A stretch of 64,000 nucleotides of DNA from Camelus ferus (taxonomy: Eukaryota): positions 98,458,001 through 98,522,000 of the forward strand of contig NC_045697.1 in the NCBI RefSeq assembly GCF_009834535.1, given 5' to 3'. Every line of letters begins with the position of its first letter. The first letter of the stretch is position 1. Shown here in pieces: positions 12,560-25,669 of the stretch. Position numbers and translations under genes: made by a program. The notes under the pieces were generated by a model. It was not told the origin of the DNA. It saw nothing but the letters and a program-made list of their open reading frames with translations, and did not search any database.

Positions 12560-13029
12560 TTGAGAGCAGAGAGCAGTAAAAAGAAATAGAAGTGTTTTAA
12601 ATGAATAAAACTCTGCAAACACTTCACTCCACCTGTGCAGAAATTATTGAGAGCTATGTTCTTTTGCTGACCCAGCAAGATATTTGGTTAGCAAATCTCT
12701 TGACTACATAAGAGCACATTGCCAAATTATTTAACTTGTTAATAACTTCTGAAAACAGAAGTTCTTGGCAGCCCCTTTGCTAAGGGGGCACAGGGCTTGT
12801 TTTGAGCTCTCTCTCTGCTCTGGCAGAGTCTTCCTCTTTCCACCCTTGGCTCCAGATCCCAGTTTACCTATTTGTCTTTCCAAGAAGCTGCAATGGAGTC
12901 CTGCATCCTCATGTGTACTTGCTGAGACTGAATCTACTTGAGTGGTTCCCTCCAATAATCCTCCTGTCTAGTCCCCTCTAATTCATGAAAAGAATTCTGT
13001 GAAGGTTCAAATGTAGTCTGTACCATATC

Positions 13030-13570
13030 CAATTTAATTCAATACATATTTATTGAGGGCCCGCCTAGCATTGTGCTCCGCACTGTGTGGACTATAAAAG
13101 AAATATATAGTACAGTCCCTCCTGTCAAGGAGTTTGCAATGTTCCTGGGAATAAAACATGGATGCTGTAGCAATTACAGGATGCAAGCTAGGATAGAGCA
13201 ATGCAATAAAGTTATGTAACCAAGACCAAAATATAAGGTACAGACAACATTATGTTTGGTCAGAGCAGGCAGGGTGGAGCTACGGGGAATTGTTGGTAGA
13301 AGAGAGGGAACTTGAGCTTGTCCTTGGGGGATATATGATTCGGCTGGGTACCAAAGCAGAGAAGGGCACTTCAGGCAGCGGAGAGAGTGTGAGTAAAATC
13401 AGAGAACACGAACAGCAGGCAGGATAAGTAAGAGGGAAAGAGAAGAGGCCAGGCTGACTGGAGAGAAGGGGATGGAGGTCGGAGAGTTATGTGAGAAAAA
13501 GCTAGATGGGCAGGTTATAATGAAACCACAGAATGCCTTAAAGGGCACAGTGATGAATGTGGACTTGAGC
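13030..13570 (-). mobile_element. L2 fragment (L2c/d-like), degraded
   Basis: attcaatacatatttattgaggg...cagtccctcctgtcaaggagtttgcaat and downstream purine-rich L2-like blocks. Confidence 0.55.
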
Positions 13571-13699
13571 CATACGCCCTTAGTCTCTCTGTATCCCTTC
13601 CCTGATGTCGATGCTTTCATTGTCATCAGAGAATTCATTCACTGGCAGCCAGCATGACGTGTTCAAAAGAACATAGGCTATAGAATGAGAAAACACTGC

Positions 13700-13850
13700 T
13701 TCTGCCTCCCATGTGACCTTAGCAAAGTCACTTAACTGCTCAAATTTTAGTTTCCACAACTGTAAAAATGGGAGTATCATTATCTCCAACAGGGTTGTTC
13801 TGAAAAATAGAGATAATGTGTATAATATGCCATGTGGGTACAAGTATATG
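13700..13850 (+). mobile_element. MIR SINE fragment
   Basis: Core tgtgaccttagcaaagtcacttaac...agtttccacaactgtaaaaatggg...agggttgttctga. Confidence 0.8.
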
Positions 13851-13989
13851 GAATCCTTTATGAGTTTTACTCATTCAGTGACTGTCTGTTGAATGTCTAC
13901 TCTGTAGCAAACACTGTGTTCAGCATTAGAAAAATAAAAAGAGTGTTTATTCTCAAGATATGAACAGATACAGAGTTTAAAACAAAGGA

Positions 13990-14215
13990 AAGAGCAGCAT
14001 TGTAAAGTCACATATACTTGGAGTAGAAACCATATTCACCACTTACTAGGTTATAAATTTAGGGAAACTAATCAGTCTGAGCTTCAGTTTCATCATCTAT
14101 ATAACTGGTCAAATAGTATCTGCCTAGTGGGCAGATTTGAAGAATCAAATACAAATACATAAAGAAACTAACATAGTGCCTGACAACTGGAGTCACTCAA
14201 TAAATGGTATTTGCT
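13990..14215 (+). mobile_element. MIR SINE
   Basis: ccacttactag...tctgagcttcagtttcatcatctat...acatagtgcctgaca...cactcaataaatggta. Confidence 0.75.
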
Positions 14216-14439
14216 TCATAGTGGAAAGGCAGGCATGAAAAATCATCTTATAACAGTGAGTGGAAGTGAGTTAGAGAAGTTAAGTTAAGAAGATGACAAA
14301 GTCCCTGGACTGAGACTTAAAAATGAACAGTATTTTAAAAAGAAAGAAAGAAAAAATTCTTAAATTTAAAAAGCACACTAGGGGTAAATTAGATAAACAA
14401 AAATAATTATAACCCTCACCTCCAAAAAATGAACAGTAT

Positions 14440-15170
14440 TTACTGAGTGGGCATGTCCTGAGAGGACATTCCTGAAAGAGAAAATGGCATGTGAAAAGGT
14501 ACAGAGACTTTAAAAGGACTGGCATCCTCTAAGACATTCAGGTAATTCAGTATTGCTAGATCATGAGCTCAAGGCAGAGAGTCCAGGAGATGAAAGTGGT
14601 CAGAGAGTCAGGAGCCAAATTATAAAGAGCCTGGAATGTCACAGGAAGGGGCATAGCCCATCCCACAGGCAATGAGGAGTCACTGTTGAGTAGGCAAGTG
14701 ACATGATTCGGCTCTCTATGTTGGAAGCCTCTCCATGGTGTGGACAGAGAGGGGCAGGATGAGCATTAAGAAGGCTATTGAAAAATCCAGGTGAAACAAG
14801 GTGATAAAGAAGAAGAGATGACTCTTGAAGATATTTAGGGGTTGGTCCCAACAGAATTAATTTTAATTGGATTTTGGAGGAGGGTAAAGATAAGCAACAG
14901 GTCTGGGTTGCTTCTCCTCCTTTTCTTGCTGGAAGGTGATGTATTTCTTGAGACTAAGAATGCAGAAGAAAGCAGGTTTGGAGCAAAGATGAGATATCCT
15001 ATTTGGACATGATGAATCTAAGGTGCCTGTGGAACATGAAAGTAGAGATTTGGACACATGGAGATTGGAGAACTAAGCTGGCCGCTGATGTAAACCTGAA
15101 AGTCGCTGACATGGATGGAGGCTGATGGAAGTAGCCATGAAGGTAGACTCACCCAGGAAAAAGGACAAAA
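14440..15170 (-). mobile_element. L2 fragment
   Basis: ggcaatgaggagtcactg...agtgacatgatt...ttaagaaggctattgaaaaatccaggtga...tttggacatgatgaatctaaggtgcctgtggaacat. Confidence 0.75.
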
Positions 15171-16439
15171 GAAGAGGTGGTCCTCTGGTCAAGCCATTCT
15201 TATCTTGCCTTAATAATTGAGCTGTTCAAGGAGAAGGCACTCAAGTCCTTTAGGGCAAAAAGATAGACCTCAGAAGGAGAGTATGCTTAGGTAAGCCCAA
15301 GGTCAAAGAAATCCGTTTTCTGGCACACCTTTTCTCTACATGGGGTAAGTTTCATTTGTCTGAAAATAACGAGAGGGAGCTCATGGAGAGAAGCTCTTGG
15401 ATGTTGAGGGACTACATACTGTATGACAATTATAAACACACTGTGTCTAGAAAAGCACTTCATTTACAAAGCAGATTTGACAGCTCAAGTTGCTTCTTGG
15501 CAGAGCAGCCCTGCCTGGCCCCTGCGCGACCCGGTGCGCTTCGATTACAGCTTTGATGCTAGCTCTACCACAGAGACCCCCTAAAAGGGGAGTGATAGAT
15601 GAGGTCCTGTCAGGCTGCATTCCCTGGGTGGCCCTGAATCTCTGCTGTTATCTGTTACCCTGCCAGTCCTGACAGTGATGAACACAAGACAGGCAGCTAA
15701 TGACACCCCGATTCATTACCCAAAAAGAAGGGAGAGCAGAAATAAAGGGAAGGTGACTGCCGTGTGAAAGATTCACTCACGTCAGTGCCATCTTCCTCCT
15801 ACCGGTCTGAGCAGTGAAGAAATGATGGAGCCCATTTGTCTCAAACAAGGGCTCTAATGATACTCAGGACAGAACAAGTCACGGCGAAACTTGCCCAGGA
15901 AACTGTACACTGGCCTCTTCATGGTAAAGCTTTTCACAAGCCTTAGAAACATAAGAAAAAATATTTAGGTAGCCTGATTTTTCTGTCAGTCCACTCTTAT
16001 GCCAGAAAAACAAAAAATTCAAAAACACATAAAACCATCCATCTCTACTACTTGCCCAGGCTAAATTGTTATTCATTCCAGGAGAGTACACACTTTCTCT
16101 CTGTAAGATTATTTTAAGCGTGGGACTCTGCAATAGCAAATATTTTAGGCAGGCCTAACCATGGTTTCCCATAATAGACATTTATATCTTCAAGTGGTAT
16201 CTGGTTCCTCCCTAAGCAATATTTCATCAAGATGTTTGTTTCAACTGTTTTCTATTTTTTTTTTTTTTCTGAACTGATGGAAAATGCTTTTACTTTATTG
16301 TCTCCTTGTTCTTATTAATAGGACTTCTTGTGATACCTGAAGACATGGTTACATACTCAATACCTACATCTTAAATGCAATGCCCAAAGAAGGCAAAATG
16401 TTCCATCTGAGTTTAATCCATCTTAATCTAGGATGTTAA

Positions 16440-16915
16440 TTAGAGCACTGGTTCTATGGGACATTAAGAAGGAAGTTTTAGATAAACAACAAGGTCCTAC
16501 TGTAAAGCACAGGGAACTATAGTCAATAGCTTGTAATAACCTATAATGAAAAAATATGAAGAAGATATATATATATATGTATGTATAACTGAATCACTAT
16601 GCTGTACACCAGAAACTAACAACAGTACTGTAAATCAACTATACAGCAATAAAAATAAAAAGAAGAAAGTTTTTAAAAAGAGGGGAGAAAGTTTCACTGT
16701 CAAATAGATTTGCAAAACCCTGGGTTTATTGCTTTACTACAGATTTCTTTCCTATAGGACTTTTTCAGACTCTTTAATACACTAATGTGCATTTTGACTC
16801 CCCCAAAAGCAAATATAATCTGTAGTATTTCTCAATCTTTTTTTCTTAGAATATTTTCATGGGATATACATCTAGACTAATGTTACACAGAACTACCCTT
16901 TGGGAACTCTTGGTC
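16440..16915. mobile_element. MER103C-like hAT-Charlie MITE interrupted by an L1 tail
   Basis: gtcaaatagatttgcaaaaccctgggtt...ggactttttcagactctttaatacactaatgtgcattttgactc...ctttgggaactc match MER103C. Confidence 0.7.
16480..16659 (+). mobile_element. Short L1 3' tail
   Basis: agataaacaacaaggtcctactgtaaagcacagggaac...; TSD aagaag[g/a]aagtttt at 16466-16479 and 16660-16673. Confidence 0.88.
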
Positions 16916-19900
16916 TAGACTTGCCCACAAATTCCATCTTCTTACTCACTTATCCAGTCAACAAAATCAAATGATTGTCAAGCTCTGTTCTAAGTTTTCA
17001 GCAGAGAGAGATAGTCTGAGGGTGGAATAAACGCTGAAATGACATGGATCCTGCCCCCTAAGGAACACGTACATCTTAGAGCCCTACACCCTGCCTTGTA
17101 CGCTCTGCCCTGTACCCTTATCTTCCCTGTCAAAAAGAAAGTAGTGTGGGTTAAAGAAGATACTGAAGCAAAGAGAAAGGCAATAATCTTAAATCTAGAA
17201 CATAGGCGATGAGAATGATTAATACGTGGGTTTTATCCTTGCTCTTTGATAAAGATCAAATTGTCTTTCTAAGAACAGTAGCAGAAACATTACCATTTCT
17301 TTTGGAGGGTGTTGCTTTTTTTTTTTTAATACAAGTATGAATGAAGTGGTCAGAGCTTCAGAATATCTAAAAACTATAGCATAGGTTAAAAAACAAAGAG
17401 TGTGAAATCTGAGAGCAAGCACAGAAGGATAATTCACTTCAGTACTGTATCACGTCTTACATGTTTCTTGTTAAGCACCATGTTTCTTGTAGACGTGTAC
17501 ACATTAGCAGTATTTCTCATGTTGGCTATTTGGTTTCTTCTAATAAAGTAAGCCACTAGTTACGTTCAAAATAACTTTGCTAATGACATCTGAAGTCTGG
17601 GCTTCAATACAAATAAAGCTTAAAAAGAGATACGAACTAATCAGTTTTGTTTATAAGGGTTTATTTGTTAATTAAGCCATGGAGCAAAAACATTTAAAAC
17701 AAACCGAAATTTTCATTATCCAAATAATTTTAAACTAGCATCAAAAGCAATGTGTAAGTTGCAAACTTGTAAAGACTAGAAATGGACTATACAGCCCCTG
17801 TGATCCTTTTCATCTTTAAAAAGCAATCAGGGTTCAGGTGGGGAAAAGCGATCATCCAAGAACCAAAGTAATATCTGGGAGAGATGAGCCCATCATTGTA
17901 AATTAGAAGTAACCCATCATTCATTTTTCTACTCTCTTCTCTCTAAGAGAAAGTGGACTCTCTGGAAAAGCTTACTACATTCTTTTCCTTATGTGCTCCA
18001 GGAATTCAAAAGCCAATCAGGATGTTTTCGAAATAAAGTACAAAGAAAAACACTTCCGTTTTTTTACCCTTGTTCTCAGTGGCAGATTATTTGGATCCAG
18101 ACCTCGTGGAATTTACCAAAAACAGGATAATAGTAATTCTGTGGTTTTTACAGAATGGGGGTTTTCCTTCCACTATTTCATGTAGAATTCTGTCTTTCCA
18201 ATTTCCTACAACCAATTGTGTGCCTTTTACTTTTCCTGCAAAGGCATTTATTTCTGTCTGACCAATCTGAATAGTTCTGTTGCCTTGCTACCCACTGGTG
18301 ACAAATGTACTCTTGCGTTTCTAAGTTCTCTGAGAGCTGGAGGACTGATGAGTGCGAGGAAGATCTGGGATCACCAATGCAAGGGAGGAATTCATCTTAT
18401 TAGCCTCTGATTCAAGTTAATCACCAGGGAGATAATATTTTAAACTCCAAAAGACTTCTTGGAAGTTTCCAGAATTTCTCCAGAGACACAGATCAATAGA
18501 CTAGAATAATCAAGAAAAGGGAAACGAGGTTGCCAAATGCCACTCACTTGGTAGGGTGTTTTACTTGAGTAAGCAAGAGACTTTTAATGGAATTATTACA
18601 ACCCAGTGAAAGAAGGAGCAAGTCAACCCTCCAGAGAAGTACCTCCAAACTGCAGCTGAAGATAAAAGAAAGGGTGACATTTTAATTCCTGTCTTCAACC
18701 CTCACCGCAGGGATGCAGGTGGCACTTGCTTTTTCCATTGTTCAGTTGATGAACAGCTTTCCCATAGCACTGAGCAATCAGTGCCCTGTCCACTCAAAAT
18801 AACGCATGATGATATGGGGGTCCCAGGCCCCATAATTTTACAGACGACTCCCCTCTTCTCTTTCAGCTAGAAGTAACTGAAAATGAAGTCTGCCTGATTG
18901 CTCTGAGGGCTCCTCTGGCTTCTTTGATGTTTAAATATTAGCCCCAGAGCTCAAAGCTCAATCCCCATCAGCCCTGGTACCCTGAACCAGGCATAAAAAT
19001 TCATATTTTTTTTTTAAAGCAAAGCTCACGTTTTAAAAACAACAGAGGAATCACACAGGGGAGGGTCTGAGTAACAAGTGAACCTCCAGCTCCCCAGAAC
19101 ATTTTCCCAGATGGCTCCTTTATATCTGTTCATCGTCAAGCACGCAGATGTCCCAGCTCACAGGATTTCCTCCTTCTCTCTAGATGCTCCTGACCTTGAC
19201 ACTGAGAGCTCTGTCTGCACCTCCAGCTCCCTCAGGGCTTGACTCTTTCCCAATCACTTCTGCCTTCAATATGATAAGCTCTCTCCTGTTCTCATCATCC
19301 CTCTCCTCTCTCTGCTCCATCTCTTTCTCTGTTTCTCTTTATTCCTCTCCCTCTCCCTCCAGGAGCCTTTCTTCTCTGGTTATGGTAGCCACTTAAGCAT
19401 CCATGGATTCTCGAATTTGACTTATATAGCAGGGGGCCACTGAGGCTGCCCAAGAGAAGGGAGACCCTAAGAAAATGTAAAACTCTGAGCAGGAACAAAG
19501 CATTTCTTGAACTTGAAGTCAAAAGTATTTTCCTTAGCCCGTGCTCATGTGCTGTGTTGTTAACGTCTACCTAAGGGGTTCATGTCTCAGGAATCACGGG
19601 AAAGTTTCCAATACGACTGATGGCTGGTCAAAAGAACATCTACAGCGCGATAAGCCACAGAGAGGGTGTGTGCTGAGCCGGTTCAGGACTGCCGGGCTGT
19701 GCCTTTCAAATTCCTTTCATCGCAATCGGTGACTGTAAGCACTGCAGGGTGAGAACAAGCCAGGACTTTGTGGAATATTCTTAACTGCTAATATGTAATC
19801 TATACAGCCAGTGGTAGCAGCCCGAGGATAAAAGATTTAAAGAAATGGAGACACAGGACTGATTTTTTTTTTTTTTTTCTGAAAGGCAACTTGGAAAAAA

Positions 19901-22324
19901 AAAAAAAAAAAAGAGCGAGAACAGTAAGATTTATGTTAACCCATGGGGAGTGCTCTGGGAATCTCTTTGATGAAGGATTGAGATTGCTTTGAAGCAGACT
20001 TTATTGAAGCAAAAAGTAAGTGTGGTGCCCCGGGACTCGGGTTGACTGGGTCACTGATCCGTCTTCTGGACTTTGAGTTTCCTTTTTCTTGCAAATGCTG
20101 CATGCGACCAAACTCCTAAATGCTGCTCAACCAAAATAACCTCCCTCTGAAGAGGAGGCTTTCATTTAGCCTTAGTAATTAGTAGAAACTTGCCCAGTGG
20201 GACATATGTAAAAAGATTAGAACTCAGAAAAGAGAATACACACACACACACACACATCAATATGACATATGAAAGGCTACTCAGAAATCTTAACCCTGTT
20301 ACCCACATCCTTGCTTACTATGAGTTCAGATTTCAAATACAACGCTGCAAGGGAGTGGGGACCACTCAGTGAGTATCACGGGGAGGCAAAAGTGGTTAGC
20401 AGTTTCTTCTGAAAGAAGAACAGTGGCTAGGCATATGGCTTCAGGAACAAGAAGTAAAGATGGTCTTGGCTAGAAAGGAGAGAATAACAAACAGAGGGTT
20501 TTGAACCATCAAAGAATTTGCCTGGAACTGGGAATGTAAAAGCTTCCCACAAACAAGAGAGACTGCCAGTTCAGGGACCGCGGGAGAATGACTTAACAGA
20601 AAAAGAAAAATAATTTTTTTTAAACAAGGAGGAAGGGAAACAAGTACCAATGCATGACATAATGACTAGAAAAGGGCACATTGCTGGTGGTCAAGGAAAA
20701 GCTGAAACTCTGGATTGTCGTTTCTGTCCCAGGCCGTCAGCTATAGCTGGGCTAAGATGTTATCATAAATATTCTTTTCTATCCTTGTCAGTTGTAACCA
20801 TAAAATAGTAGGGCTGATTTTTTTTTTTAACAAACTACAGTTTATACATTCATACAGTGCTGATTTTCAAAGAGATCAATACTCTGTTCTTAGATTTTAA
20901 AGCCCCTGATATCAGCACATTGGTTTTTTTGTGTCTAGTATTTTGCCTCTGAAGCAGTTTCCAAAGGGAAGTCCCAGAAATGGTTCAAACAATTGCACAT
21001 CGGCATTCGTGGTATTACTGGAGTTAGTGTTTAACCTTCCCGGGTAGCTCTTTGGAAGGACAATACTCATTTGGGGATACAAGTTCAAGAATGGCAGTCC
21101 AGAAATCAGGCACTGGTCACAGAATGACATTACAGGATTATTGGAGCAGGAGGAATTGGTCCTCCTCTATAGCCCTTTCCACAGAAACTGAGAAATACAG
21201 TGATGTGGTAGACACTGGTCAATGCACAGTGGAAAGTATACAAGTAAGTGCAGCAGAGACTCAACTATTAGATCATTGGAGCTCCAAGCAGAACAAATTC
21301 ACTATCCTGCCATTTGCCCTGATAAAGAAATGCAAACACGGTGCGTTCTCAGATGTGCAGCATACAGGTATGTTCCATGGAGAGCCGAAGACTCAACACT
21401 CATGGCCAAGGTGATAACACCACTACTTGGCAAATGCTGAAACCCACTTACTCCCCTTAGGCTTGCCCCAAAATAGCAAGAATACTTTAAAAGAAGACAC
21501 AAAAATGTTAATATCTTAAATAGATAACTGTCTTTATACACACAATTCATCCTTTCTTTATAGAAGGAAATGATCCAGGGACATAACAGTAAATGGATAT
21601 ATCTCCTCTACGGGAGGAGACAGAGAAGCACCATCCCACCCAACCACCAAGAAGGTCAAATTGACAAATACCTTGTTGTTTTTACAATATCCGGGCCAGT
21701 TTCCTGTGTTTTATCGCGGTATTCACCATTGTGGGAGTTCCTTAGGGGTGGTGAATTAGAGTATTCCTCAGTGCTATAGAATTAGAGTATTCTAATTTGG
21801 TCTATAGGGAAAATACATGTAATAAGCACAGAAACGTTGGGAAAGGTTTTTTCCTAACTATTTGCCAGCTTCTATTAAACCTATTGGATACCCGAAGCTT
21901 TTCCTCAAATATGAAGGAACTGACTCAGTAAAAAAAATGTTGAACTGGGGCACTTGGAAGAAACCCAGAATCCAGTACAACAGGTTGACATGTGATGTCA
22001 TGTTTACTGTGACATCAGTAAATGTGATGAGCTCCAATGTGACATCACTTCTAAGGCACTGAGAAGTGAGCAGGACCCGAGTAGAGGAAGTCCTTGAGGC
22101 CACCACAGGGACTGGTGTCAGAAAATGATTACAGGTGATGTCAGACTTGAGGATAAATCACCAAGGTCCAGGGAAAGCACTAAGGAATGGTTTGAGGAAG
22201 AAATGGTTTCTTTACCATAACTGGCTGACTTCTCTGATAAACTAAGATGATGCTTGCAGTAGTTCAGTCTAAAAGAGTGTGCGAATGCCCACCAATGGGG
22301 AGAGAATAGAAGAAATCACATCTG

Positions 22325-22530
22325 TTGAGCCTTTATTGAGCATCAGAGCCTTTACCCCACAACCCAGTGTGAGAAGAATCATTAGCTCCATTTCTGCACA
22401 TGAATCAGCTGAAGACTGAGAAGGAAAGTGACTGATCTAGTCCCGGAGCTTGCAAATGGTGGATCCAAGATTCCAACCTGATCTCTCTGGTATCTAAAGC
22501 TAGGCACTTTTCGCACCCCTTAGCTGAGCT
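22325..22530 (-). mobile_element. MIR SINE, degraded
   Basis: tttattgagca...cacaacccagtg...ctccatttctgcacatgaa...gactgagaaggaaagtgact. Confidence 0.6.
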
Positions 22531-23891
22531 CGTGACATCTAACAAGGTATCTTACAGTTGCTTCCTGTTTTCATGTAATCTGCACAAGGAAAATCCAATT
22601 TTACAAAATAGCCTAATTAGGGAAAAAGTTCTATTTTAAAAATAATTTGCCATTGAGTTCCTCTAATAAAAAGCTCATGTGGAATATTTTAAATAAAAAT
22701 AAATCATCTCTTGCATGAAGTATGGCGTAGTTGTGTAAGCCTGGGGTCATTGTTTATGATGCAACACAAGTTCCCCACTCCTGTCATCGATCTCCTTACC
22801 CTGCCCCCCACAAACACCACTACTAACAGCCCCCCAGTAATGACAAGCATTTATGGAAGGCAGGTCCTCAGGGGAGCCACAGGACAGGCATATAAACAGG
22901 TGAAAACAACTGAAGAGTATGAACTTGGTAATGACAGGACAGGGTATATCTGCTCCACTTCAAGCTCCCTTCTGCACTATTGTTTTGACTCCCCTTCCCC
23001 AGCCTCACACTAGGAAGTTATATAGCATCCATTTTTCAGTGTTGGGCATTCATTAAATAAAACATAAACATTATACTCCATGGGGCCAGGATTGGGCTCC
23101 AAACAAAATCTAACATGTGAACAGGTCTTAAAGGCCCTTGGTCGCCATTCTGTTACCCTCAACACCAGCCTGTTTCGGAAGCCTCATAACTTGTCCTCTC
23201 CACAAGTGACTGGGCTACAAAACAAGTTGTTTAGAGAAGCAGATAACAACCTCCCTTGAAAGAAACTAGTGAGGCATTTTAGAAAATAGGGTCTGTAGCA
23301 AATGTGGTCACAGGAATCACACAGCAACCTCTCAGGACTCGTTTCCTTCGGCATTGCCCTAATGATGCTGCTTCCAGTCTAAATGATGGAGAACAGCTCT
23401 CCCACACACGCTAAAGTCTATGACGCCCAGTATTTTCTCTGCATCTGATACAGGGAAAACTGAAAGGATGACAGTGCCAAAGAACGTTCTCCTGGCTAAT
23501 AGTAAGAATTTGAGATCACCTGGAGAGGCACAGTCTATTGTAAAGACTCTTTGGGCAGTGATGAGACTGGAGAGATTGATCTGCCTTCAGGCAAAGCCTC
23601 TCCTAAACTACCCCAGATGAGACTCTGGCCTATTTTAAAGACCTCCAACGCTTCCCTTCTGCACAGGAATAGGGAGAAAAATGGAAAGGGAATTTATTTG
23701 CATCCCAAATCAGCATGCATGTGAATCAACATAATTAGCCAAAGAAAACTGAATTCCGTAAGGCCAGGTAAGTTATTCTTAGATCATTCTTAATGAAAGT
23801 ACTTTGCTATCTATTGCCTATTTATAGAATCTGAACTAAGGAAATCCAACCAAATTGTTTCCTTTATCAAAATTATTCTATGGGTCTCTGT

Positions 23892-24009
23892 TTATTATTT
23901 TTTTTAACATTTTTTATTGATTTATAATCATTTTACAATGTTGTGTCAAATTCCAGTGTGCACAATTTTTCAGTTATAAATGAACATATATATATTCATT
24001 GTCACATTT
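23892..24009 (-). mobile_element. Young camelid-type L1 3' tail
   Basis: ttttattgatttataatcattttacaatgttgtgtcaaattccagtgt is the reverse complement of the tail at ~28007-28054; TSD tgggtct[c/t]tgt at 23881-23891 and 24010-24020. Confidence 0.85.
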
Positions 24010-24094
24010 TGGGTCTTTGTAATCTAAGGAATCTCATGTAAAGGAGAGTGAGGAGAGAAACCCTCTTTACACATACCAGGCACGCTTTCACTTA

Positions 24095-24210
24095 GGGCTT
24101 TACACTTACTGTCTCCAGACAGTCTGTGTCTCATTCCCTCACCTCCTTCAGGACTACATGCAAATGTCACTTAGGCCTTCCTTTACTACCCCATTAACTG
24201 CAACACCCCA

Positions 24211-24241
<31 letters not shown>

Positions 24242-24450
24242 GTACCCCTTTCACACTGTTTCCATATAGACATCACCATCATCATCCAACATACTATGTA
24301 ATCAACTATTTTTTTAGTGTCTGTCTTCCCCTATCAGAATGGAAGCTCCAAGAAAGAAAGTATGTTGGCCCATTTGCTCACTGTTTTGTATCCATAGTTA
24401 TTAAAATAGAATAGGTGCTCATTACATAATTGGTAAGAGAACTGAATGAA
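24095..24450 (+). mobile_element. L2a 3' end containing a (CA)n repeat (24212-24239)
   Basis: ccctcacctccttcagg...gtctgtcttcccctatcagaatggaagctcca...aataggtgctcatta...tgaatgaa. Confidence 0.75.
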
Positions 24451-25093
24451 CATATAGCTTCCTGCATGACTTTGTATAAGCTAACAGATGATTAACTTTC
24501 TCAAACAGACATAGACTAATGAATATGCACTAGCTATTCCTAGTTAGGATCTTAATTCTAGTTCTCTTTAAGAGTCTGGAATGACAGGTCTTCATTCCTG
24601 GTGATGTGACTCAGGTCCTGTGATTCCCTGAGCCTTGGCACCCCTCTGAGATGTATCTTCTTCCCCTGAACCCCTGCTGCATAGCCATGAGAGGGAAGGC
24701 CAAAAAGCCTGGCATCTGGCTTCCTGGTTCCTGTTTCATCAAGCCAGCTCTTCTATTATCTGTCTTATGCACTGTGGTTTTCTGTAAGATGCTACTGGGG
24801 AGGAAACTGTCCCATTGCTATAAACAGAAAAACTCTCGCCTGGACCATGAGACCGAAAAACAGAAAAGGACACTGGAAGAGTGTCGTGGAAATGTGATAT
24901 TTATAGAGCATCCATTGTATTTTCAGGTATGTTCTGGACATTGGGAATACATAGATAAGCAGAACATTGCCAAGCTCACATTTAACCAAGTTTATATAAC
25001 AGATGGTTATGATATGCTTGGAAATTTTGGAAAATCAAAGGAGCGTTGAGGAAGGATGTCAGGAGTGTGTCCTGCTCGAGGCATCTGCTGAGT

Positions 25094-25669
25094 CTTTTTT
25101 TAATTGAAATACAGTTGACATACAGCATTATGTCAGTTTTAGGTATATTACATAGTGATTTGACATTTGCATACCTTATGAAATGATCACCATAATAAGT
25201 CCAGTGACTGTCTCCATATACAGTTATTACAATATTATTGACTATGCTACCTCCCACTTGTTCTCTGTATTGATGAGTATGCTTTTGTTTTGCTTTGTTT
25301 TGTTTTTTAGATTCCACATATAAGTGAAACCATACTGTATTTGTCTTTCTCTGTCTGACTTATTTCACTTAGCATAATACCTGCTAGATCCATTCATATT
25401 GTTGCAAATGGCAGGGTGTCATTCTTATTTGGCTGAGTAACATTCCTTTTTCTGTGTAAACCACATCTTCTTTATCCATTCATCTAATGGACACTTAGGT
25501 TGATTCCATATCTTGATTATCATAAATAATGCTACAATGAGCATTGAGGTACATATAGCTTGATGAATTAGTATTTTTGTTTTCTTTAGGTAAATACCTA
25601 GAAGTTAAATTGCTGGATCATGTGGCAGTTCTATTTTTAATTTTTTCAGGAATCTCTTTCTGTTTTACA
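25094..25669 (-). mobile_element. L1 3' fragment (L1MA/laurasiatherian type)
   Basis: T tract, agattccacatataagtga...gacttatttcacttagcataat; exact 11-bp TSD atctgctgagt at 25083-25093 and 25670-25680. Confidence 0.9.

Noticed and set aside
21052..21414. 120-aa ORF with an internal gtaagt donor at 21244
   Set aside because: TTG start, no convincing acceptor, no recognisable homology
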